Origin: Nostoc sp. DedSLP01
Lineage (GTDB): Bacteria; Cyanobacteriota; Cyanobacteriia; Cyanobacteriales; Nostocaceae
Reading direction: 5' to 3'
Assembly (NCBI GenBank): GCA_034530875.2
Contig: JAVRCJ020000033.1
Span: 11,749 to 75,748, forward strand
DNA: 64,000 nucleotides
Below, piece after piece: positions 52,590 through 64,000 of the stretch; position 1 is the first letter of the stretch; each line of letters starts with the position of its first letter. Position numbers and translations under genes: made by a program. The notes below the pieces were generated by a model. That model did not search any database. It saw nothing but the letters and a program-made list of their open reading frames with translations, and was not told the DNA's origin.

Positions 52590-52998
52590 GTTTCCATAAA
52601 TCCTACCTTGAATAAAAAATGTGTTTTATGCTACGATGCAATAATGCTAAAGTCGAAAATGTGTGCGCTAAAGTGGCTAGGTAGAAAATACCGTGGTAAT
52701 GTAAAGAATGGTATTTTTTTCTGCGAAATAAGGCATTTAAGAAAGCGTGTACTTTGGCAGACAGTAGGCTATTAAATTTACAATTCTTAGAATTAAGGTG
52801 TTATTAGCTCATCGTCGTGTGAGCCTTCGGATTAAATAAGCTTGATCCCAACGAAAAACTGTATTGTATAGGTTGATAGTTTGGAGCAAAAAAATTGGTT
52901 GGTGGCAGTCTTGCTCAATAGCATCTATTTTAAAAGCCAAAGCCAAGTAATGGTTTTCTCACCTTGCCATGTTCATTGATCTGTTGGAGGTATAGTTC

Positions 52999-53499
52999 AT
53001 GTCCGTTCGCCTATATATAGGTAATTTGCCCAAAGAAGAAATCGATCGCCAAGATTTACAAGCAGTTTTTGCTGCTGAAGGCGATGCTGTAACTACTAAA
53101 TTAATTAAAGACCGCAAAACTGGCAAATGCCGTGGTTTTGGTTTTCTGACGGTCAATAATGACGAACAAGCTGACCAAATAATTGAAAAATATAACGGTC
53201 AGATGTTCAAAGATACACCCATTAAACTAGAGAAGGCATTACCTCGTACAAAGGGTGACGAAGGTGAAGAGCAAGCTCCTAAAGCAGCTAATGTTGCTAG
53301 TAGTAACCCTGCTCCTAACACCAACAAAGAAGGTAGCCGTCGCGATAAAAACTCTAAAAAGTCTCGTCGTGGTAGCAGTGGCGGAAGTTCTCGCGAAACC
53401 ACCACAAACACAGAATCAGACGCTATTCGTCCAGACCCCCGTTGGGCTTCGGAATTAGAAAAGCTCAAACAAATGCTAGCTGCACAAACTACAAATTAA
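52999..53499 (+). CDS. RRM RNA-binding protein, Rbp3/RbpG type
   Basis: RNP2 LYIGNL, RNP1 RGFGFL, long C-terminal tail with PDPRWA. Confidence 0.9.
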   Translation: MSVRLYIGNLPKEEIDRQDLQAVFAAEGDAVTTKLIKDRKTGKCRGFGFLTVNNDEQADQIIEKYNGQMFKDTPIKLEKALPRTKGDEGEEQAPKAANVASSNPAPNTNKEGSRRDKNSKKSRRGSSGGSSRETTTNTESDAIRPDPRWASELEKLKQMLAAQTTN

Positions 53500-53731
53500 T
53501 CCTTAAGGAAGAGAAATTAAAAATTAAAAATCAGAATTAGCTTTTTGATTTTTAATTTTTAATTGTTGATTATCCTTTAGCTGCTTAGTTAAAAACTATT
53601 TGCAGCTTATTTTATAAGTGCTATTTTTCGAGGCTGACTTTCGACCTGTATTTTGAATTAACTCAGAGATCGAGCTTGTCCAGCCGTAATTAAATGCTTA
53701 GAGTATCTAAAATCTCAAATGGGATTGCGAT

Positions 53732-54514
53732 CTAGTGAAACATATCGCTAGCGAACGCGCACAGAAACAAGGCTTCAGTCCACTCCACAACTGCGCCATA
53801 AGTATCTCCCGTGTGTCCGCCTAATTTGTAGTTAAACCAGGCGGCTGTTAAAGTAGCGATCGCACTTCCAGCAAGTATCGTTCCTATTGCCAAAAACAAC
53901 TTCTGTTTATCTATCAGCCACAGTACACCATTCAAAGCCAATAACAGCAACAATCCCGGTAACAAATCTTTGTAAGAACGAATAGCTTGTTTGTGAAAGG
54001 CACCTTTACCGGTTGGTTTTAAGTATGGATATTTAGCTATGGCTAACTGCTGCCCCCAACGTCCCCAACCACAAGCAGCCATCAACACTAGCCAACGGTT
54101 TTCTGATATATCCGTTAATGCTGCTACTTTTAATAGTACTAAAGCGATCGCTGCCATTGCCCCAAAAGCGCCTGTGGCACTATCTGCCATTACCTCCAAT
54201 CGCCGATTGCGATCGCCTACTGCCAAACCATCGGCAGTATCCATTGCCCCATCTAAGTGCAGCCCTCCAGTGATGGCAATCCAAATACTTACTATCAAAA
54301 CACTACGAGTTAACACTGGTATACCAATGTAATTCATTCCTGTGTCCAGTAAGCCTAAAATTCCCCCAATTATTAAACCTACAGTTGAAGCAAGGCGTGC
54401 CACCCCTCGAAAATCTAATTCATTCAAATACGGCAGGGGAATTGCTGTGTAAAATATAATACTGGCGGCTAACTTTAACAGCTGGGTTTTCCACCATTGT
54501 TGCTGTTTCATCAT
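53732..54514 (-). CDS. cobS: Adenosylcobinamide-GDP ribazoletransferase
   Basis: [30 protein letters not shown]. Confidence 0.95.
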   Translation of the reverse strand: MMKQQQWWKTQLLKLAASIIFYTAIPLPYLNELDFRGVARLASTVGLIIGGILGLLDTGMNYIGIPVLTRSVLIVSIWIAITGGLHLDGAMDTADGLAVGDRNRRLEVMADSATGAFGAMAAIALVLLKVAALTDISENRWLVLMAACGWGRWGQQLAIAKYPYLKPTGKGAFHKQAIRSYKDLLPGLLLLLALNGVLWLIDKQKLFLAIGTILAGSAIATLTAAWFNYKLGGHTGDTYGAVVEWTEALFLCAFASDMFH

Positions 54515-55032
54515 TTGAGCTAGATTAACATAGTGATTTAACTGCTGAATGCTAGTCTGAGTTTCAGTACAACTAACATCAGTAGACTTTAAAGCTTTAG
54601 ATAAGATTTACTTCTATTAGAGATTATCCCTGAAAATTTTGTTATGCTGTTCTAGGTAGTCATTCAAAAAATAAAAGTACCAGTTTATACATAAAAATGA
54701 TTCATAATATACCATTTCTTCAAGGAGCAAAATACGTGTTTTATATTCCTTAACTAAAAACTGACTCCAGATTATCGCCTTGGGCGATGGGTGCGAAACT
54801 CTACGTCTTGAGATTGGGAATGCAGCACTAACGCAGATTTTAAGAAAGCTTCAACATGGTAAAATAGCAATAGTGGCAAAGTAATTAACCACCAAAAAAC
54901 TTTATTATTACCTTACAAGTACACAAGGCAGTCAAGTCTTGGAGTATCTCCAAATAAAACAACTGCCATTTTGCACCTTGACAATTGAAGATATGGGGTT
55001 CTATTCCATAGTTCTAGTTATTTAGGGCAGTT

Positions 55033-55105
55033 GACGCCAGTCGCCACCCTGCGGGCAGCCGCAAAGCGTCTACAAGCCGGGAAACCCGCCCATAGTGCTG
55101 GCTCC
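55033..55105. repeat. Small dispersed repeat with nested insertion
   Basis: Same frame as 47748-47794, plus about 26 extra bp (55046-55071). Confidence 0.6.
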
Positions 55106-55437
55106 TTGATGTCGGGGAACTTATCTCCCCTGCCTTCCCAGGAATAGGTTAAATCTTCACGGGAACTAGACGAACACCATTTAACAAAAAAGAAACTACC
55201 GTCTGTCTGTCGGAAAGTTAAAATTTGGAGAAAGAAAAATCTCTAACTTGGGTGACGCAAGAAAGCTAACCTAAGTGAAATCGTTAGCTCCAAAATCTCC
55301 CGAATTAAATTTGCGAGATTTGCAAGAGACGATTGCCCCACAAAATTGATATTTTTTTAAATATTAGGAGTAAACAAGCTATTCAAGATGACTGTTTAGC
55401 TATGTCCTCACCCTCGTAGCTCAATCGCTATTCCCCT

Positions 55438-55890
55438 ATGAGTCACCATCTACCCGACGCCAAGATACCGGCTCCGTGCATTGTGAACACGGGCATCATT
55501 GTGAATAAGCTCGACATGCGGCGATTGCTGACAGATCTAGGTCGAGTCCACTACATCTACACCCACGAAGATAAGGTACTGAGCGAGGGTGAAGGGGATG
55601 TGATGGAAGTTTTTGCCAATCCGCAAAGGTCTACCTTAGTAGCTAACCACGCCCTATATCTGAATGTTTGTAGTTTTGATTACTTAGAACTCAAACAGTC
55701 GTCCCAGGAAGAAACGTACTTTGATTTGACGCAGGACGGAGTGTGTCTAAGGTTGATTCCCCGGTCAACTCCTTTCCAAGAACGGCGGGAACGAAGCTTC
55801 AATGCCAGCGCCATAGAAGCGATGATGGAGCAAGTTCTCTCTGCCAGATGGGATGCTGAAATCGACGATGACTGTTCTGATTCTTTCTAA
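55438..55890 (+). CDS. Hypothetical protein (cyanobacterial type)
   Basis: 150 aa ORF with ATG start, globular-looking composition and acidic C-terminus; no family recognised. Confidence 0.7.
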   Translation: MSHHLPDAKIPAPCIVNTGIIVNKLDMRRLLTDLGRVHYIYTHEDKVLSEGEGDVMEVFANPQRSTLVANHALYLNVCSFDYLELKQSSQEETYFDLTQDGVCLRLIPRSTPFQERRERSFNASAIEAMMEQVLSARWDAEIDDDCSDSF

Positions 55891-56277
55891 ATCAAGCAGG
55901 GAACAGACAATAGGGAACGAGGGACAGGGTTGAAAGTCTCTTGGTATAACCTTGGTTCTCAAAATTTCTACCTCTTTGATTTACAATCTACTGTAAGCTA
56001 AACAAATATGAACTACCTACGCACTTCGCTTCGCTACGTGCGATGTTTGTGATGCTTCTTGTGATGAATTTGCTTAATAGCAATCCTTATTGATGTGGAG
56101 GAATTCATAAATTGCCTTTACATCATATAGTTTTGCTTGAATTCTATAAGGCTATGTTCAAAAATCCAAAATGGTATGATATCGTGTCGAACTGATTAGT
56201 TATCATTTCTGCATCTTTGCAAAGATTTGAAAACTCTTTTCGCCCTTTCTCCTTGCTGCCCTAACGATCGCTTTTGA

Positions 56278-57543
<1,266 letters not shown>

Positions 57544-57603
57544 AGCATGTTAAGATATTTCTCAATTATTAACGCTGTGTTGGATAGGTGGATTTAAACA
57601 AAC

Positions 57604-57741
57604 ATGGAAGCAGCACTTTTATTAGCAAAACTGCCTGAAGCTTACCAAATCTTCGATCCTTTAGTGGATGTTCTCCCAGTTATCCCTGTATTCTTCTTAT
57701 TGCTTGCTTTTGTTTGGCAGGCAGCAGTGGGATTTAGGTAA
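57604..57741 (+). CDS. psbK: Photosystem II reaction centre protein K
   Basis: Not in the ORF track. [45 protein letters not shown]. Confidence 0.97.
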
Positions 57742-57765
57742 GTTAATTGATTTTTTAATTTTTTA

Positions 57766-57797
57766 TTAGGACAGGTACTATACCTGTCCTATTTTTG
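57766..57797 (+). terminator. Terminator after psbK
   Basis: TAGGACAGGTA-CTA-TACCTGTCCTA-TTTTT. Confidence 0.75.
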
Positions 57798-57927
57798 TGA
57801 CCTCATATCTATTAAATTTACATTTATTAATATTTTGTAATGAATTATTATAATAGGTGAGATATGAATCAAGCCGTGTCAATATAAAGCCTTGAAAGTC
57901 AAGCTTAGAGTCAAGGAGGAATCAACT

Positions 57928-58224
57928 ATGGGTAATATCAAATTTGTTAAAGAAAACAAAGAAGTAGTGGCGGCAGATGGTGCAAATCTCCGGCTCAAAG
58001 CTATCCAAAATAACATTGATATATATACATTGATTGGCAAGATGACAAATTGCGGCGGCTACGGTCAATGTGGCACTTGTATTGTTGAGATAGTGGAAGG
58101 ACAAGAGAATCTTTCCCCGCGTACAGATGTAGAAAATCGGAAATTAAAGAAAAAGCCAGCAAATTACCGCCTTGCTTGTCAAACTTTAGTAAATGGCCCT
58201 GTTAGTGTAGTTACAAAGCCCTAA
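57928..58224 (+). CDS. 2Fe-2S ferredoxin-like protein
   Basis: [10 protein letters not shown]...RLACQ; ATG 57928 after AGGAGG. Confidence 0.92.
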   Translation: MGNIKFVKENKEVVAADGANLRLKAIQNNIDIYTLIGKMTNCGGYGQCGTCIVEIVEGQENLSPRTDVENRKLKKKPANYRLACQTLVNGPVSVVTKP

Positions 58225-58341
58225 GTTTTTTGGAATTATCCTTCGCTAGCATTTAAGCAAGTAAAAAATTTGAGTCAACTCGGTCATCGATGATGATATC
58301 CTAATGTTGTTGATTAAAAATTTAAGAGAGGCTTTCTTGCC

Positions 58342-58458
58342 ATGCAAGTTAATGACCTGGGGTTCGTAGCGAGCATTTTGTTCGTACTTGTACCCTCTGT
58401 GTTTTTATTAATTCTGTACATCCAAACTGCTAGCCGCGAAGGTGGAAAAGATACTTAA
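58342..58458 (+). CDS. psbM: Photosystem II reaction centre protein M
   Basis: Not in the ORF track. [38 protein letters not shown]. Confidence 0.96.
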   Translation: MQVNDLGFVASILFVLVPSVFLLILYIQTASREGGKDT

Positions 58459-58473
58459 GAGTTTGTGTATCAA

Positions 58474-58510
58474 ATAAACCCCTACATTATTAGTGTAGGG
58501 GTTTTTATTT
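58474..58510. terminator. Bidirectional terminator between psbM and the USP gene
   Basis: AAACCCCTACA-TTATTAG-TGTAGGGGTTT with A/T tails. Confidence 0.75.
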
Positions 58511-58567
58511 ATCAACATACCCAGTTGTAGATGGAAATCTGGCTTTCCTATCTGAGTAAAACTTACC

Positions 58568-59419
58568 TTAATCAAGGGTTCGCGCTAATAGTACCGGACA
58601 AGTAGCATTAACTCGAACATAATCAGACAAAGAAGAGCCAATGAGTCGATCGATATCTACAAAACTCTTAGCGATCGATGGACGACGATCTGGAGAACCG
58701 AGCAATAGTAAGTCTACATTCAATTCCTCTGCTAAGCGACAAATTTCTTCACCAGGTTTGCCACTGCTGATATAACAACGAGGTTTGATGCCGAATTTTT
58801 GCGCTTCTGCAACTGCGGCTGCCAAAACTGGACTTTTGTCAGCAGTAACTTCAGTTATTTCTGATTTTTTACCGCCAAAATCTGTAGCAATATTTGCCAA
58901 CATTAACTCGCCGCCCGAAATGTCTCGCAGCAAAAATAATGCCAATTTCAAGCAGTTTTTCGCCGCATCAGAATTGTCTATTGCTACCATGATGCGCTTA
59001 ATTCTTTTAACATAAATGTCATCTTTGACTAGCAACATCGGGCGGGAAGATAGCTGGAAAACGTATTGGCTGACCGAGTTCGATAAAATCGATTGTAGCC
59101 GCTTGAGTCCCCGCGAACCCATAATAATTAGATCGGCATCGATTTCATCAGCTACTTGACAAACTACATCTTTTGGGTCGCCTTGACGCAAAATTGAAGA
59201 AACTTCGCTAGCATCTAAGTTCAACGTCTGAATGGCATTAGCGAGAATTCTACCGCCTTCTTCCCATTTTGCGGTCATGTTAGCGGCAGCACTTTTTGCA
59301 GCAACTACATGCAAAACTGTAATTTTTGCAGATTGAATTGAGGGAACTTCTCTAAGGGTTTTGAGCATTTCTTCTGCATGTCCCAATCCCGATACAGCCA
59401 GCAAAATTTTTTGTATCAT
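58568..59419 (-). CDS. Universal stress protein (tandem USP domains)
   Basis: KILLAVSG, GDP..VCQVA..ADLIIMGSRG, GSSLSDYV..ATCPVL; likely start ATG 59419. Confidence 0.9.
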   Translation of the reverse strand: MIQKILLAVSGLGHAEEMLKTLREVPSIQSAKITVLHVVAAKSAAANMTAKWEEGGRILANAIQTLNLDASEVSSILRQGDPKDVVCQVADEIDADLIIMGSRGLKRLQSILSNSVSQYVFQLSSRPMLLVKDDIYVKRIKRIMVAIDNSDAAKNCLKLALFLLRDISGGELMLANIATDFGGKKSEITEVTADKSPVLAAAVAEAQKFGIKPRCYISSGKPGEEICRLAEELNVDLLLLGSPDRRPSIAKSFVDIDRLIGSSLSDYVRVNATCPVLLARTLD

Positions 59420-60155
59420 CGTTAATTGATTGTTGTTAAGTTTACTTTTGTTTTTGCTATGATTGCTTGCTTTAGGTCGGTTTTTCACCGCCTTATTTGA
59501 AAATCTAGTTAGTAAGCTGGTACAAATAAATTATTTTGTTTTTTAGTATCTAACATCCAAACAAATATTTAATTTTATTTGCACCTAGTTACTTAATTTT
59601 TCAACTAGACTTCAATAAATTAAGCATACTCTCAATTTACCTTGATAAACTTAATCAATTATGATGTAAGTTATTATTTTTAATCTATGTTAACTTTTTT
59701 TCATTAGAAAGGAGTTAAGTATTGCAAAGAATACTAAACCAATCCTTTAGGAACATATATTTAGTAAAACTAATATGATATAGCATAATTTCTAATTCAA
59801 GAATTAGAATAGCGTCTAGGTTTAGCTACCAGAATGAAATGCTGTACTTCACGCTTCTTGAAATCTGCTGTAGTAAACTGTTACGCTTTCTCATCTGTTA
59901 CAAAGTTCTGATAGTACAAAATTGTGGGTTTATGAGACGCGATAAATCGCCGTCTCTACAAGTGTTTTGGTCTTATCTGAACTGTATTGCTTTATAAATG
60001 ACCAATGACTAATGACTAATGACTAATAACTAATGACTAAACAACACTAAGTTTTTTCAAGTCAGGATAATTCACCAATTAACCGCCTTCAGGGCAACTC
60101 CAGAGGCCGCTACAATAGTAGCCTAAGAAAGGATTATGCCCAAATTAGTGATATT

Positions 60156-61631
60156 ATGACCTCTGCTACAACTGTAAAAACTGAGTACGAAGCGATTATT
60201 GGTTTAGAAACCCATTGTCAACTCAGTACTAATACGAAGATTTTCTCTAGTAGCTCTACAGCATTCGGTGCTGACCCCAATACTAACATTGACCCAGTTT
60301 GTATGGGTTTGCCTGGGGTTTTACCTGTACTAAATCAAAAAGTATTAGAATACGCCGTCAAAGCTGGTTTGGCACTGAATTGTCAAATCGCTAAATATAG
60401 CAAATTTGACCGCAAACAATATTTTTATCCAGATTTACCGAAAAATTACCAAATTTCTCAATACGATTTACCCATCGCCGAACATGGTTGGTTAGAAATT
60501 GAGTTGGTAGATGCTGATGGGAACCCGACTCGCAAACGCATTGGTATCACGCGTCTGCACATGGAGGAAGATGCGGGAAAATTGGTACACGCAGGTAGCG
60601 ATCGCCTTTCCGGTTCTGCATATTCTTTAGTAGACTACAATCGCGCAGGTGTACCGTTAGTAGAAATTGTCTCGGAACCAGACTTGCGTTCTGGACTCGA
60701 AGCTGCTGAATACGCTCAAGAACTACGCCGCATTGTACGCTATCTTGGTGTTAGCGACGGAAACATGCAAGAAGGATCTTTACGTTGCGATGTCAACATT
60801 TCTGTGCGTCCGGTGGGACAAGAGAAGTTTGGCACCAAAGTAGAAATTAAAAACATGAACTCCTTTAGTGCCATTCAACGCGCGATTGACTACGAAATCG
60901 AACGCCAAATCGCAGCTGTCGAAGCAGGGGAACGCATTATCCAAGAAACTCGGCTGTGGGAAGAAGGCGCACAACGTACCGTAAGTATGCGGAGTAAAGA
61001 AGGTTCTAGCGATTACCGCTACTTTCCCGAACCAGATTTAGCGCCAATTGAGGTGTCAAACGAACAGTTAGAAAAATGGCGCAGCGAACTACCAGAACTA
61101 CCAGCCGAAAAACGCCATCGTTACGAAAATGAATTGGGGCTTTCGGCTTACGATGCACGAGTCTTGACAGAAGATCGTCCTGTATCTGAATATTTTGAAG
61201 CAGCGATCGCAGCTGGTGCAAATCCTAAAGCTGCTGCCAACTGGATTACTCAAGATATCGCCGCATACCTGAACAAGCAAAAACTCAGTATCGCTGAAAT
61301 TGCCTTGACTCCCAGCAACTTAGCTGATGTCATCGTCCGAATTGAAAAGGGCAAAATCAGTAACGCCCAAGCTAAAGAAAAGCTGCCAGATTTACTCACT
61401 GGTATTTCTCCAGAAAAAGCTTTTGCTGGGCAAGAACTAATTACAGATCCTACTGTATTGGAACCCATCGTTGATGAAGTCATAGCCGGCAATCCCAAAG
61501 AACTAGAAAAATATCGCAACGGTAACACCAACCTTAAAGGTTTCTTTGTCGGACAAGTTTTGAAAAAGACAGCCAAACGTGCCGATCCGAAGCTGACTAA
61601 CGAACTGGTCGAGAAAAAGCTCAACGGCTAG
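60156..61631 (+). CDS. gatB: Asp/Glu-tRNA amidotransferase subunit B
   Basis: IGLETHCQL, FDRKQYFYPDLPKNYQISQ, HMEEDAGK, DYRYFPEPDL. Confidence 0.98.
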   Translation: MTSATTVKTEYEAIIGLETHCQLSTNTKIFSSSSTAFGADPNTNIDPVCMGLPGVLPVLNQKVLEYAVKAGLALNCQIAKYSKFDRKQYFYPDLPKNYQISQYDLPIAEHGWLEIELVDADGNPTRKRIGITRLHMEEDAGKLVHAGSDRLSGSAYSLVDYNRAGVPLVEIVSEPDLRSGLEAAEYAQELRRIVRYLGVSDGNMQEGSLRCDVNISVRPVGQEKFGTKVEIKNMNSFSAIQRAIDYEIERQIAAVEAGERIIQETRLWEEGAQRTVSMRSKEGSSDYRYFPEPDLAPIEVSNEQLEKWRSELPELPAEKRHRYENELGLSAYDARVLTEDRPVSEYFEAAIAAGANPKAAANWITQDIAAYLNKQKLSIAEIALTPSNLADVIVRIEKGKISNAQAKEKLPDLLTGISPEKAFAGQELITDPTVLEPIVDEVIAGNPKELEKYRNGNTNLKGFFVGQVLKKTAKRADPKLTNELVEKKLNG

Positions 61632-61841
61632 AGTGGGGATTAGGGAGGCAGGGGAGGCAGAGGGGGCAGGGGTAAAGGTTAAAGGGAAAAGGGAAAAAGG
61701 AATAAATTTAATCTTTCCCTTTCCCCATTCCTATACCCTATGACCAATGCCCAATTACCTAAGTATTTTCCCGTAATTCTTCACAAAATCTTCATAATAG
61801 AACTGGTGACAACCCTCATACCAAAAATGGTATGCTCTGGT

Positions 61842-61893
61842 AAGTAGATGCACCCTGATGATCTGGAGAGCGACTTAAGTAGCTCTCCTTTTT
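61842..61893 (+). ncRNA. Candidate NsiR1-like small RNA (solitary)
   Basis: Extended -10 TGG-TATGCT (61828-61836), then GTAGATGCACCCTGAT (61844-61859; matches the NsiR1 5' motif as I recall it), then terminator GGAGAGC-loop-GCTCTCC-TTTTT. Confidence 0.5.
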
Positions 61894-62141
61894 CGCATTC
61901 ATCTTTCGTCATAAGAAAGGTAAAAATAATTATGCTAAGGGTCTAGTGGTGCTTTATTATTTATTGCCATCAGCAAATAAACTCACAGTATAAGCAACTA
62001 GGGAGTGAGGAGCTTCAAGGGCACAGGGACAGAGGGGTAAAGGTGAGAATAATAACTCTTAACTCCTAACTCTTGGAAAGACTTGGGTTAACACTTGTCT
62101 CTACTCAGCACTCCCTACTCAGTACGTTGTAAGGGAGAATC

Positions 62142-63383
62142 ATGGCAGATTGGCAAAAAATAACAGGTGGCATCACAGCACCAAGGGGGTATCAAGCGGC
62201 GGGAATTACCGCCGGGTTGAAGCCTTCGGGGTTGCCGGATTTAGCTTTGATATATTCAGATGTGGAAGCGATCGCAGCTGGTGTATTCACCACTAGCCAA
62301 GTGAAAGCTGCTTGTGTAGAGTATTGTCGCCAACGCTTGCAATCTAAACATAGCGCTCGTGCTATCCTTTGCAATGCCGGACAAGCAAACGCTGCTACAG
62401 GAAATCAAGGCTGGATTGATGCTTTAGAATCTGGATTGGCAATAGCTCAAGCATTAAATATTCCTTCGGAATCTGTGTTATTAGCCTCTACTGGCGTGAT
62501 TGGTCAACGTATTAAGATGGATGCTTTGCGGAGTGGGATTCCCAAGCTAGTAGCAGCACTGTCAGAAACAGGTTCAGATGCCGCCGCAGGTGCGATTATC
62601 ACTACAGATTTGGTGACAAAATCCATTGCCTTAGAGACAAGTATAGGCGATCGCCCCGTGCGGATTGGCGGTATTGCCAAGGGTTCCGGTATGATTCACC
62701 CCAACATGGCAACTATGCTGGCATTCCTGACTTGTGATGCTGCGGTTTCGCCAGCCCTTTGGCAGCAGATGTTAGCTAGGGCAGCTGATAGAAGTTTTAA
62801 TTCGATTACCGTGGATGGCGACACGAGTACTAACGACAGCTTAATCGCCTTGGCAAACGGTCAATCTCGCACCCCAGCAATTACAGAAGTGGGTGCAGAA
62901 TCAGAGAAATTAGAAGCGATGTTAACAGCAGTTTGCCAGCATTTAGCCAAAGCGATCGCTCGTGATGGTGAAGGTGCAACTTGTCTTATAGAAGTGGAAG
63001 TAACTGGCGCCCAGGATGAACTCTCAGCTAGACAAATAGCCAAAACTATCGCTGGTTCTTCCTTAGTGAAATCTGCAATCTTCGGACGCGACCCCAACTG
63101 GGGACGCATCGCCGCCGCCGCCGGGCGTGCAGATGTGCTGTTTGAGCAAGAAAACCTGCAAATTAAGCTAGGAAATTTCTTGATGTTAGAAAACGGCCAA
63201 CCCTTACCATTTGACCGTGCATCTGCAAGTGCTTATTTGAAACAAGCAGCGATGGGTGCTTATCTTGAAGAAGATACAGTATTAATTTCCGTTAACGTTG
63301 GCAATGGTCACGGTACAGGTAAAGCTTGGGGTTGCGATTTGAGTTATGACTACGTGAGGATTAACGCAGAATACACGACTTGA
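62142..63383 (+). CDS. argJ: Ornithine acetyltransferase / N-acetylglutamate synthase
   Basis: NAGQANAATG, ASTGVIG, KGSGMIHPNMATML, DGDTSTND, DGEGAT, NWGRI, INAEYTT. Confidence 0.98.
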   Translation: MADWQKITGGITAPRGYQAAGITAGLKPSGLPDLALIYSDVEAIAAGVFTTSQVKAACVEYCRQRLQSKHSARAILCNAGQANAATGNQGWIDALESGLAIAQALNIPSESVLLASTGVIGQRIKMDALRSGIPKLVAALSETGSDAAAGAIITTDLVTKSIALETSIGDRPVRIGGIAKGSGMIHPNMATMLAFLTCDAAVSPALWQQMLARAADRSFNSITVDGDTSTNDSLIALANGQSRTPAITEVGAESEKLEAMLTAVCQHLAKAIARDGEGATCLIEVEVTGAQDELSARQIAKTIAGSSLVKSAIFGRDPNWGRIAAAAGRADVLFEQENLQIKLGNFLMLENGQPLPFDRASASAYLKQAAMGAYLEEDTVLISVNVGNGHGTGKAWGCDLSYDYVRINAEYTT

Positions 63384-63588
63384 AGAATATAGAACAATAC
63401 AGTTCAATTAAGATCCCCCCGCCTGCGGCGACCCCCTTTTTAAGGGGGTGAAAAAGAGTTGTTAGCCCCCCAATTTATCCTATGGATTACCCGGATGTTT
63501 CTCAACAAAACTATAATTTACTTAAAAATAGCTAGAAAGCTTGGTAAGTATAGTTTTGTCATGGGAGAGTAAAAACGGGTGATGGAAA

Positions 63589-63702
63589 ATGGAAAAGTGG
63601 GCATCAAAAGAATTAAGACAAGCAGACTTGGGAGATGTAAGAAGAAATAAACGTCTGATACGGATAGTGGAAGATTTAGCAGCAACAACTTTACTCGTAT
63701 GA
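63589..63702 (+). pseudogene. IS4-family (IS50/Tn5-like) transposase N-terminal remnant
   Basis: Manual translation MEKWASKELRQADLGDVRRNKRLIRIVEDLAATTLLV* matches the W..E...ADLGD.R...RL DNA-binding motif, then stops. Confidence 0.75.
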
Positions 63703-63734
63703 TTTTTGGAGTTCACCCTACTTTGAAGCAGATA

Positions 63735-63870
63735 TACAGCAGATTGCAAGTAAGTGAGGTACAAGCAGGACTGATTCATCAAACATAAAGAATTTCTTTC
63801 TAACTCCTGCCTCCTGCCTCCTGCCTCAAAACCCGTAACTTTGTACCTCATGTAAATTAAAACTGCTATA
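63735..63870. mobile_element. MITE-like element with internal STRR
   Basis: TACAGCAG.TT...TGAGGTACA ... TGTACCTCA...AAAACTGCTATA inverted termini around (CTCCTGC)n. Confidence 0.65.
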
Positions 63871-64000
63871 TATGACTTATTTAGCAAAAACCGCCCCAAG
63901 AATTCACATTTACTCATCCGGGGAACCCACAACAGAAAAGTCAATCACACAGCCAAGTATTTACATCAAGCAATCCGTGCAACCCCAGGATGTGGAACAT

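Noticed and set aside
52401..52775. 124-aa ORF upstream of the RRM gene
   Set aside because: It starts in an STRR tract, crosses a terminator-like hairpin and has atypical composition.
55220..55292. Possible c-di-GMP-I or cobalamin riboswitch near cobS (GACGCAA, AGCTAAC/GTTAGCT hairpin)
   Set aside because: The characteristic GGCAAAC..GAAA stem and B12-box motifs could not be found; only one short hairpin is supportable.
63522..63944. 140-aa minus-strand ORF
   Set aside because: It runs across a MITE and antisense to the IS4 remnant, so it is most likely spurious.

Overview
This window looks like chromosomal DNA from a filamentous, probably heterocyst-forming (Nostoc/Anabaena-like) cyanobacterium. 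The basis is frequent HIP1 octamers (GCGATCGC), heptamer STRR tracts, psbK/psbM and Nostocales-type gene order. Most of it is housekeeping: ychF, yidD, pyrH-frr, pfkA, era, eno, argC, ribBA, htpG, rpmB, hemB, prfC, an Rbp3/RbpG-type RRM gene, cobS, tgt, psbK, a ferredoxin, psbM, a USP gene, gatB and argJ. Five accessory elements stand out. (1) Two tandem giant multidomain phosphorus-scavenging proteins (nuclease/phytase, RTX tails) lie behind a Pho-box-like promoter. (2) An insertion after frr carries a REP-flanked RAYT transposase, a PIN toxin-antitoxin pair and a truncated caspase-like gene. (3) An AAA-ATPase + RloB (AbiL-like) cassette is bracketed by two MITE-like elements. (4) There are many MITEs and GTAG-REPs, several nested. 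(5) There are three candidate small RNAs, including a solitary unit between gatB and argJ carrying what I recall as the NsiR1 5' motif. The ORF track missed a partial FUSC gene (1-2237), psbK, psbM and an IS4 transposase remnant. No CRISPR array, rRNA or tRNA was recognised. All calls come from motif recognition by eye; no database searches were run.
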